From Monocercomonoides exilis PA203 (taxonomy: Eukaryota; Protista; Preaxostyla), in NCBI GenBank assembly GCA_001643675.2, contig LSRY02000011.1, positions 682,001 through 746,000 on the forward strand: DNA of 64,000 nucleotides. The letters run 5' to 3'. Positions 46,901 to 58,333 of this stretch are shown in pieces. Numbering within the stretch: position 1 is the stretch's first letter; each line of letters begins with the position of its first letter. Made by a program: the position numbers and the translations under genes. The notes beneath the pieces are model-generated. The model saw only the letters and a list, made by a program, of their open reading frames with translations. It ran no database searches and was not told the DNA's origin.

Positions 46901-47743
46901 AGAAGTTGACTTGACATTAAAAATACTCTGTTGTTGACCTAACAGTTATGAGTGGATAAATAAATGTGATAACTTGTAAAAGAATGACGCACTTTTTATT
47001 TCTTAACTTGTTGGAAAATGCCAAAAAAATGAAATTTCAAAAAAAAAAAATGACTCACAAATTTTCATGAAGAATAAATTAAGAATTATGAGACCTATTT
47101 GTTCGAAATTCAAATTTTAGCTTTATATTTATAAAATCAAAAAATATGCAAAAAATTATAATTGTGCTCAATAAAAATTTGACTGTCTTTTCTTTTTCGT
47201 TTCCCGAAGTCCTTTCTTTGCAAAAAGAAAAATATTATTTGGTAAATAAAAATACAAAAAATGAGGTTTCCGCCTTAAATCATTCAAATAAAAGATGTTA
47301 AACAAAACTGAAGTGAAAAGGAAAATTTAGCGAAATTGTTTATCATTAAAATTTGCTTAGCGGAGGCTTACAAATAAAAATATAGTGATCGATCAACAAA
47401 AAAGAAAAAGCAACACACAAAAACCAGATGTGAATCCTTCAACAAAAGAAAGAAAAATTTCCTTTCAATCTAACATAAAGTTAAAAAACGAATCGCTATA
47501 GACAAGCAAATGACAAACACGAAAACGAATTGAGAGCTTAAAAATAATGAAGCTTAAAATAAATTGCTCAAACATAAAAACAAAACAAAATAAATCAAAA
47601 CAAAACAATCTAATAGTCAAATGAAATGCAAATGTTGATGCACAGCAATAAATGCAAAAAAATTTTTTATTTGTTCAGAAATAATAATATTTGTGTTATG
47701 TTTTTTTTTCCCCACCCTGTGTCTATTGCAATATGGAATAAGC

Positions 47744-50700
47744 TCAATGAAAATCAGCATTTCGCATAATCCTCAAAAATATGGGGTCAGCCTTCAGAAA
47801 GTCTAACAGCAGCGGACGAACGGTTGTGTCGTGAAGAAGCGGAAGCAATATCTTCTCCGAGTCCACAAACCACGTTTCGTCGATCGTGTCCAATATCTTC
47901 ATCTGCTTCTTTCGCGATTTCTGAGCTTTCTTCCAATTCTTCTGTTGCTGTTTCTGCGCAATCAAAAGGATACGCAGGAATGCATCAACGGCCTGAAGCA
48001 AGAAAGATAGAATGAAAATTAAAAAATAATACAAAAGAAAGAAAGAAAAATTAATATATCACAATAAATTTGTTTGAAATATCATTAACAAAATAATAAT
48101 TATTATAAAATAAATTATTATAAAATAATAAATCAAATTATTCATTTAACAATCAACCAATTTTTCAGAAAATACTTCCAAATCCATCCAAAAACACTAT
48201 CGCCATCAACTCCCACATACCAGTTTTCTTTTCGGTGAATGCCTTGCCTCCAATAAAACAAAAGGAACAAGCGTCTTAATCGACACACGAATAACACTTT
48301 TGCTTGCCATCAGCACAAGCACTGAGAGCACATCAACATTGTCTGGCGTAACCATCGTCGACACTTTGTGTATCACATACGCCGTCGGGAACTGCTCTGC
48401 AATGATCGCGTCTTTCGTCGCATTCGACACATGCTGCTCAAAACAGGTGCGCACCAGCGTCTGCAGCGCATCCATGCACAGCGTGTCCATCTCACTGTCG
48501 CCATACAGCTCGTACAGTGCCCGCAGCGCAAACGGAATCTTCGCTGCGTGGAACCGGTTCAGCACGTAGTTCCGCATCACCGACCGGTTCGCCTTGTCCT
48601 TCTTCTCGCCTTGCTGCACCAGCGACAGAATCGCCATCACCGCTGCCTTCCGCACAGACGCGATGCGGGAGAAGCACATCAGGAAGAACATGTGCATCAT
48701 CACAGGCGCATTCCCAGCATTCGTCGTGCAGCTGATCATTTTGGGGTCGTTCCACTCAGGAAACGACAGCGACGGCTGGTCGGTGGTGCTCTTGCCAATG
48801 TTCTTCATCGGATCGTTGAACGGCAGCTGGTTCTCTCTTTTGTCAATCGCATCAAACAGAGAGTCATCCTTCGGCAGGTTGAGCTCTGCCAAATGCGCAA
48901 CCATGTTCTTCTGATATTGCTGGTACTCAAACACAACAAGATCGTTCTTCTCCTTTGAGTTCAGCTTGTCCTGGTCTTTGCTCCTCAGCTCAGCCACTTC
49001 TTTGTCTGTAAGCACATAACCTTTCCCGCCCAGAAGCAGCTTTGAATGGTCGACTGAGATAGAATGCCTGTCTCTCATGTCAAAATACGACTCAATCTCG
49101 CTTTTCCCGCCTCGTGAGTACATCTTGGAAGACGAAGGAGGAGAGGAAGAAGGTGAAGAAGAAGAAGATGATGATGAAGAGAACAGGGAGATTCCTGACC
49201 CTCGTCCAGCACCTCGCCCAACTCCTCTGCCTTTTCCTGCTTCTTTGACATTGATCTTTCCCCTGCCCCTTCCCCTCCCCACGCCTCTGCCTCGACCTCC
49301 GCCTCCCCTCCGATAGTCTGAGTCAGAATCTGAATACGAATCAGAGTAAGAATCCGAGTAGCTGTCTCCGTACGAGTCCGAATAATACGAAGAAGAGTCT
49401 GAGTAATAGTTGCTCCGCGAATAGGAGTCTGTGTAATCAGCTGAAGAAGAGTCCGAATAGAACGGCGAATCGTCCGAGTAATCGCTGTCTGACCAGTCGT
49501 TCGCATACTTCCGCTTTGCCGGCGCTGGAGTTTTCCCTTTCTTCTTCGCAGCAGCTTTGCCCTTCCCGCGGCTGTCTTCTGAGCTGCTGTCAGAATACAC
49601 AGAAGAAGAAGACGACGAATACGAATCGTCACTCGAGTAATCCATCGCATCGTCCAGTGAATCTTCTTCATCCGACTCCGATTCTGGCTCTCCGCCTTCT
49701 TTCTTCTCCTTGTCTGCCTGCTGTGGCTCGTCCAGGTTTCCCCCAACTTCCTGCTTGCCCTTCCCGCTCTCCTTCGCCATCTTCTTGCGGAGCGACTCCA
49801 GCGTCTCGAAGCGGAGCCGGTCTCTGTATGTTGCAATGATCGCCACCAGCTGCCAGGAGCGTGCACTCATCATGCTGAACAGGTTCAGGATCGACCGCGC
49901 CATATGGACATACAGCGCGTCTTTGATGTACCTCGGGTCCTTCTTCTCGCCACTCAGCTTCTTCGCCCGGATCGGCGCAATAAACCGCTCAGCTTCCGTC
50001 TCTGTGAGGTAATCGTAGTGAATGAGCTCCGCGTCTTCCTCGCTGCGCGCACAGAAGTAGCACTCTTTGTCTAAGCACAGACGCTCCAGGTAGAGCGGGT
50101 CATGCACCATAAGAGCAGGCATGATAGCATCGAGACACACATACGAGCGGTCGATCACAGTGCAGAGCAGGTTGATGTGCCTCTCCAGCAGCGCCACAAG
50201 GAAGTTCGGTGACGCTCCCAGCACATGCACCCCAAATGTGTAGACAACTGCAAACGCCAGCCTCTCTGTGTTCACACACGTCGCTGCGCAGGACTCGAGT
50301 ATCGGCCCTTTCGCAGAGTACTTGAGGCACTTGTTCTTCACAGCGTTGGGGCTGTTGGCGGTGCCGTAGTACGTGGTGTACGCGTAGTAGATCGACGAGA
50401 TGATGTCCTGCCGCCGCTTCTCAAACTCCATCGGGTTCCTCACAATCAAGTTCTGGATGGACTGCACAATCGCCGTGTAGCACTCTCCGTCGTCGAGGTC
50501 GAGGCGGAACGTTTTGTGGTTAAAGCTTCCGGACGCCACCACATACCGCGCCACTTCTGGCACATACGAGATCAGCGCAAACGTCCTCTGCGCACACAGC
50601 AGCATCGAGTCCGGCAGCGTGCCCACCGGCTGTGTCAGCAGCTGCACCATCTTCTGCGAGATGATCTTCGAGTCCCGCACCACACTCAGCTCGCTGGGGA

Positions 50701-53700
50701 AGTGTTTTTTGAGCGTCTCTGCTGTGTTACCCAAGTCCACCAGCCGGTTCTCTAGGAGCTTGCCCAGCATCTCCATCTGCGACTGCTGCTTCATCGAGGC
50801 AAACATGTAGCTGTACTCGGGGACTGTCATCGTCACTGCCTGCCCATCTCCTCCTGGCTGCCCCGGAGCGCTCAGCTCTTCTTCCTCTGGGAGCACCTTC
50901 AGCGCCCACAGCGTCTCAGCCGCTGTCAGCCGGTTGTGTGCATATGTGGCTTTGGTGTCGAAATACACTGTGCGGAAGTACCGCTTCATCTGCAGTGTGT
51001 TCTCGTGCTCGCTCAGATGCTCTGCCATGTTCTGGATGCACACCTCCACAAACGATGTTGAGAAGGAAGCAAGCGTCGTGGCTGTCTTTCGTGTCATTTG
51101 CGTCGACGGCGTCGCTTTCCGCATCATCCCGCTGGCGCTGTCTCTCACAAGCGTAATCTGCCCAATCTGCAGCCTGTCCAACAGAGTAACGCTGCGGGGC
51201 TCAATGAACGTGTGGTCGTCTCTCTCCCACAAAGGGATCTTCCGCATCTCCAGCCGCGTCTCGTCCAGCATCCGGTCCAGCTCCACCACCTCCGCATTCA
51301 TCACAGCCGTCGTCGACATCATCGTGCCTGACATCCCCATCATGCTCCCTGTCTCACTCCCAAACGCACTTCCTTGTCCAAACGATGCTCCTGTTGAGTT
51401 GTACGATGCAAGTGGCGATGAATACGGCACCATTGCAACTCTCGTTCCCTTTGGCGTGGCTGCTACTGACGCTGCATTCGATGCAGAACTCATCCCTGAC
51501 TTGCCCATTCCGCTCTGATTTGGAGAAGACTGTGCTGTGGATGCCATTCCAGATCCTCCTCCTGCTCCCATGTTCATCTTTTCCCCGCCTAGCATCGCCT
51601 GTGGCTTCACCCTGAACATTGGATCATTGTCAAGCAGCGATGGATTGCAGATTGGGTCTTCAGGTGATCGAAAAGCGAGGTTTGACATCAGCGTCTTCTT
51701 GGAAGACGCAAACACAGCCACACTTCTTCCGCCTGCTGCTCCGTTTGCTCCTCCCGCTTCATCGCCCTTTTTGGACTTCTGTGAATAGAAGTTGAACTTG
51801 TTGATTTCCTCTGAGTTTGCAAAGCGCTCCTTCAGCAGCTCTGCCACACGCTGCGCCTGCTGCTGCCTCTTCAGTTTTTCTTCCTCTTCTTTCTTTTTGA
51901 TGATCATCTGCTGTCTCGTCAGTTTCTCCTCTGCCTCTTTCTTTTTCTTCTTCAGCCTCTTTTGGGTCTTTGTGAGTATCAGCTTCGACTGTGTCATCGA
52001 CATCTGCATTGAATTTGACACGTCTGTCATTCCGCTCCCTTCTCCCACACCACCACTCGGCCCATTCCCTGCCCCAGCACTTGCTCCAGCTCCTGCTCCA
52101 GAGCCAGCCACTGATTCAAACAGCACCCGTGAGCTGCTGTTCAGCCTGACCGACTTGATCCTTCTGAGTGTGGCAGACGCCCTCGCAAACTCCTGGTTCA
52201 TCTGGAACTGAAGCGCACTCACCCCGTCAAAGATTCCCCGGTCGCGCAGCTTCTTCGCCTCTCTCTCCTTCCGCTCTGTTGCCAGGATCATCGCCCGTGC
52301 CCGCGGGTTCAGCTTTGCCAGCTCTGGGTCGTTCTCCAGGTCAGTCTCAGAGGACTCTTCACCCGCATTGCCCGATGGAACAGCCCCTGAACCTATGCCA
52401 GCTCCACCATTGTTGCCAAACTGCTGCACTTTGCCCACGTCAAACACCTCTGCGGGTGGCAAAGGCGCGCCAAACGGCTTCTGCAGCCCTTCCATCGCCA
52501 TTGACGCTGGCAGAGCCGGCGGCTGCTGCTGCGATATGACGTTCATTGGGATGATCGGAGCATTCCTCAGCATTGTTCTCGAGAGCGTCACGAACTCGCG
52601 CTGCCGGCGTTTCTGCATTAGCATCTCTTCGAGTGTCTGCTTCTTCTTGTTCTGCAACTCTCTTTGCTTCATCAGCTGCCTTTTCTTCTTCTTCACACGC
52701 TTCGCTGCGTTGTCCCCAGAGCTGTCGGATGAACTGTCTGAGGAGGAGGAGGAAGAAGAGGAAGAGGAAGATGAATCAGAAGAACTTGAATCGTCCTCTT
52801 CACGCAAAAGAAGGAACGAGAATGAGACATCGCTCTCATCTTCCTTGAACCCTCTCTCAAAATCAAATGAAGTGCCATCAATCCTGTTTGTTCTAAGCTC
52901 CTCGTTCTTCTTCCTCAGCCGCTCTTTCGTTGCAGATGAGTCAGAAGAAGCTGAAAACGAAGACGAGTCTGAGTCAGAATCAGAAGACGAACTGTCATTT
53001 GAATCTGAATCTGTATCTGAACCCGAATCCCCTTCTGAAGCATACCTTGTTTTGTTCCCTCTCCTGCTCCTCTCCCCAATCGGTACATTCCTTCTTGCCA
53101 CCCCTTCTGCAGCAGCAGCAGCTGCTGCCTCTTCTTTCCTCTTCTTCATCTTCTTCTCCTTCATCTTCATCTCCAGTATGTTCACACAGTGTCCATTGAA
53201 GTCTGGCTCGCTGAAATCCTTCAGCTCATAGTGCAGAGACTCAGTCACATCGACATATTCCGGCAGGCGCCGCGGGGCAAACGAGAAGCGCTGGTTCAGA
53301 CGGGAGATGTGGTACAGCGGAGAAGTCGGGTAGAACGGGTGAAGGCCGTGTATTTTGGCCAAGGGAGCTATCTCTTTCTGCCCTGTTTGCTCGCTTTCCC
53401 CAATTTTTTCTCCATTCTCTTCGCGCTCTTTGCGCTTTTGCGCTTTTTTCTCCGCTTTCCGCTTTCGCATCTCTTCTTCTTCTTTCTTCCGCTGCTCTTC
53501 TCTCTCAATCTTCCTCTTCTCCCTCGCCTCCATCCGCTTCTTCATCTGTTCTTCCTGCTTCTTCTTCTGATCAGCCTCCTTTTTAGCCCGGAACTTCTGC
53601 ATCGATCGCTCAATGTTCTTCTCCACATCACTCAGCGACGATCCGCTCTCATTCTCTGACAGGGACTCATCACTGGCAGCAGAGGAGGAATACGACGAAG

Positions 53701-56392
53701 AAGAATACGAAGAGCCCGAAGAGCGCGATGAAGACGCAGAACGCGAAGACGAGTCACCTCGTGTCCCCTTTCGATCGTCCTCCAGTTCTTCATCGAAGTC
53801 GTCGTAGTAGCTGTCGCTGTCGCTCTCGTCCCCATCCTTCCGCTCCCACGGCACATACAGGCACGTCGTCAGCGCCATCCGTTCCAGCATCTTCACTTCT
53901 CTGTCCTTCTTCTTCCCCTTCGCATCTTCCGCACCTGTTTTTCCCTCCTCGCTCGCTTTCTTCACCACACCTTTTTTCCCGAAATCTGTCTCCACTTTCA
54001 CTGATGAGTTGATCTGCACTGGCGGAGGCGTCAGAGGAGGGGTGGAAGAGTTCGGCCCAGGTGTTGTGCTGGGCGAAGGGTACTGGCTCTGCTGCGGAGT
54101 GGTTGAATTGGGCGTTCTGTTCAGAGGAGATGCTCCTTCTGACTCAGGCGGCGTCGGAGGAGCTGTCGGCAGCGGTGTGGTGGAAGACGAGCCTTTCCCT
54201 TCCAATTCGCGTTTGATGCGCTCTTCTTCAGCTGCCCGCTCTTTCAGCACAGAACAGCGGTGCTGCAGGTCGAGTATTGCCGGAGCCTGCTGCAGCGCCA
54301 CACGGAATGCCTCTCTGATGAGGTTGACATTCTTCACGCGGATCTTCAGAAAGAGCAGCGTGAACACCGCGTGGCAGGAGATGGACGTGTTCGGGTGGAT
54401 CGTCAGCGACGCTATCTGCGAGATCGTCTTCTGGTCGGTCACCAGATGCGGCATCGAAGGCAGCAGGGAAAGACTGGCAGTAGACAGGAGAACGCGGTTG
54501 ATGATGGCGGAGGCGTCGATGTGGTGCGCCACGCTTTCGAGATACTGCAGCTGCTTCCCCTTCCAGATGGACGTGTAGCAGTCCTTCCGCTTCATCAGGT
54601 TCGCGCCGTATTTAATCAGCACAGGGAGGAACGGCGCATCAGGCTTGTTCTCTGCCAAGTACAGGATCAGGTCGATCTCCTTCTCCATCTCCTCGATGGG
54701 GAACTTGTAGTTGGCGATGTAGTCGAACTCGGATGCATCGTCGATGATCTCAATCACAGACTCGATGTCCTTCACTGATGTCAGATGGCCCCGCAGAATC
54801 AGCTTCACCAGCTCCACACACACGCCCACCTGTGCAAACGCCGGCGGGCCGAGCGGCTTGCAGGAAGCGAGCACGAGGTAGTCCATGGCGTGCTTGTGCT
54901 CCTCGGCGGTGGCGGTGTCTGACTGGATGATCTCGACCAGCGCAGAGACTGCGTGCTCCATCATCTCCTGCGTCACGTTGGGCACTTTGTCGACGATGCA
55001 AATGCACGCCTTCAGCCGCGTCTTCGTCTCGAAGCCGTACAGAAGGCGGATGAGAGGAAAGTTCGGCAGCGACATTTTGCGGGCGCGGGTGGAGTTGCAC
55101 TTGTAGACGACGAAAAACCCGCAGATGAAGACCACCGGCATCATAATCACAAACAGCTCCGTCTGTGCTGGCCAGATCTCAGCAAAAAGCGCAAAAAGAG
55201 ACGACGAAAATTCACCAAAGAACAGCGCTGACCGGAAGTTGTTCACCTCCAGCCCGAACCCGAGGCAGGGCTGCAGCCAGATGTGGAAGATCATCAGCGC
55301 GAAGAATATGATTGTGTTCACAGGGAGGATTATGTTTGGATTCTTCGAAATCACAGACGTCACAACCATGGTTAACTATTTGGTTAGTATAAAATAAAGT
55401 TATTTTTTATTTATTTATTTTATTCACACGAAGAATATTAAATTTATTATAAACATTAAAAAAATAATAAATGGCTTAAGTTTATGTAATTACAAACTTT
55501 GCTTATATAGAAAATAACATTAAACCGAGGAAGAAGACGCATTGCAGGATCTGATTTATTTTTCTCTCTTGCCACAAAATGAAGCGCAAGAGGATGTAGG
55601 CAGAGGATTCCTAAATATCCAGCAGCAAACCAAATATAATGAATTACTGAATTACAACTGACCGAGTGATATAAATCCATTGGAGGATATGGACTAAATG
55701 ACTTTGGCTGTCCAAAAAATTTGCAAGTGTACGTGCAGGCAAATGCCTCCACAAATGAACGTGTAGCAGGTATATACATCATATCCCAAATCAGTACATT
55801 CAGAAACTGGTGCAGTTTGTTATGTAAATATCCAGTCCAAACAACAGCAAACATAATCAAGAAAAAGAAAAAGATAAATAAAATAGCAGGCAGCCAATCA
55901 TTAAATTTCAATGTTATGAACAAAATTGCTTTAAAAAATCCATCTAAGGCAGGGATTGATAAAGGTGATGACTCATTGGATGAAAATTGATATTCTTTAA
56001 CAAAAGCAAATGACGAAAGCTGGACCCCCTCATAAAATAATGATAGCCACCCAATTGTTCTGCCTATATCTATTTTTTTCTGTTTTGCATATCTGAAAGG
56101 AAACATATAAATAGAAAAACAATTTTATTTTGAAAAATTATATTGCAAGCCTAGCCAAAGAATCAGAATCAGCAGAACGCTCATTACTTGTTCCATATAT
56201 ATAATAAATTGCAATGACAATACAATAAATTAGAAGTGCAACTCTATATGAAAATTAAAATATTTTTTTCGTTAAAAAAAGAAATCCATTTGCACACAAT
56301 AAAATTGCATGAATCATCAGCAGCCTATCAAATGAAACTGATGTGGCTCCTGGATGAGTTGAAAAGCACACATCTTCCTCAAGAGAAGCCAT
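47744..56392 (-). CDS. Giant multi-pass membrane protein with ARM-like helical regions and low-complexity (acidic Ser, SYSD, RGG) tracts; exons 56392-56298, 56243-56151, 56092-55498, 55375-48221, 47992-47744; about 2728 aa
   Basis: The 2387-aa ORF plus the hydrophobic 216-aa ORF and small exons join in frame (8187 nt). Many hydrophobic helices in the first ~350 aa. The two 5'-most exons are less certain. Confidence 0.78.
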
Positions 56393-57479
56393 TGATCAAA
56401 AACAAAAATGCCCATAACAGGATTTGAAACCAACAAGGTTAATAAAAATGGAAAACAATCATCAATTAGATCTTCATTCAAAAGGATAACAAACTAAAAA
56501 TATTTCTAATTTTTTCTTCCAAAAATTTTTGTGACTGACATGCTGTTGATGTTTTAGTGATGTAAAATATACCATCATAAAATTCAGACAATGATTTATT
56601 CGATGATTTTCGTGAAAAGATAGAGATAAGGATGATTGAGCTCTTTTTCAACAATTTTTTTGCATATCTATAAATTTGATATATTTGCTTTCATCTTTTG
56701 AAAAGTGATCCTCAAAAAAGATTTGATTGAAGAATATACAAAGAATATCAAAAGAAGTAATCATTCAATCGCTGACGCACTACAACATCCGAGTATCATT
56801 GCCTTCTGAACTGAAATTAGTTTTTATTTTTGCATTTAACTGGAAAATACTCAAAGATCATTTTTCTTGATTTTTTCCAAGAATCACAGACTGTCTTGAA
56901 TTGAGTAAATGACAGAAGCATATTTCGCCCAACTTTGAACTCGATTTTTTTTTGCCGTTGCAACTACTTATTTCTATTTCCATTGAAGAAACTACTTGCA
57001 TCAAACGCGTTGAATATCTTACGAACGAAATCAGGAAAGGTGGAGCAAAGAAAACATTTAAGTCGTGCATTGCCTCTCTTTAGCAATTGTTGCAACAAAA
57101 GATCTATCAACAGCTTGACTTTTGCTTCAACATCAAAGAAAAGAAAAATGCAATGCAAATTATTTGCATCAACGTTCATTATGTTTTCAGTTATTTCTCG
57201 GATTTCACATTATCGATATCCTTTTGGAAATCTTTTTTTCTTCTATTGGGAAAAGGGCAGAAAAGAGCAAAAACATGAATAATAACGGAAGTTTCACTTG
57301 AAACTTCAAAGGCAACTTCAAAAGAAGAACATGACAGCCTTGGAAATGGAAAACAACATACAATGGACGTTAACGACAACAAGATTCAAGATATCTGCAA
57401 CAAAAGAATTTGATTATTTCCAATTTCAAATTTGAAGGGGAAAGAAAAAACCTTCAAAATAAGGAACTAATGAAAGGTA

Positions 57480-58060
57480 ATTGACGTTGAAAACAAAGAA
57501 GCCAAAGGGATGAAGGAAAACAGACATATGGTGAGAAACAAAAGTATCTGAAACACACTTGCTCCTACGAAAAAAGAAGAAGGATAGAAGACATTACATA
57601 TTCATCAAGGGATACAAAACTATTCTTGCTAATTCATATAGAAATTATGAAGAAAATGAGAAACATGGAAAATGAGGCGTTAAATGGTTTTGATGTCAGC
57701 CAGAAGTTATTGCTTTGTGTTTTCTGAAAAAGCCAAGGCTTTATCTTGAATGAAGTGAAGATGCTCAAACTTCTACTTTCCTCAAAATGAAAAAAGAGTG
57801 AAACGGAAATTGTGTTCATTACTGAAGCGAAGCAAATGAAATTAACCATGGAGAAAAATATTGCAGTGATATTTAGGTGAGATGAAAATACAACTTGATC
57901 AATTTTATTGAAATGTATTTCTTATTATCCTTATGGCAAGAGAATAATTTTGCGATTTTCGACTTGGTTGCTCCACAGGACTCATTTGCGAAACTGAAAC
58001 TGTTTAAAAGCATTGGAAAGAGTGAATACATAGCTTTTGCATCAAACTTCGCGTTGCAAT
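57480..58060 (+). pseudogene. Possible highly decayed Tc1/mariner transposase remnant
   Basis: Weak motif echoes in mariner order: QKLLLCVF*KSQGFILNE, VIFR*DE, FDLVAPQDSFAKLK. Many stops. Confidence 0.25.
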
Positions 58061-58333
58061 ATTTTTTTGAGCATCATATAGCATTTAACTACAATTTTTT
58101 TGTGAGAAAAGAAAACGAATTTGAATCGAATTCAATGAAGTTTCGTCAAGACAGCCAAGAACGGATATCAAGGTCTCAAAAGAATTACTACACCTTTACT
58201 CCGCTATAAAACCAACATCCACTCTTCGGCAAAGTGAGTTGTTGTAATTTTGAAATAATAATAAAATAGCATGGATCAAAGACTGACCCATAATAAAAAT
58301 ACATATTCTTAAAATATTAAAAATAAAGATTTC

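Noticed and set aside
48300-55397. Numerous long plus-strand ORFs (up to 287 aa)
   Set aside because: Antisense to the GC-rich giant minus-strand gene, where stop codons are rare on the opposite strand.
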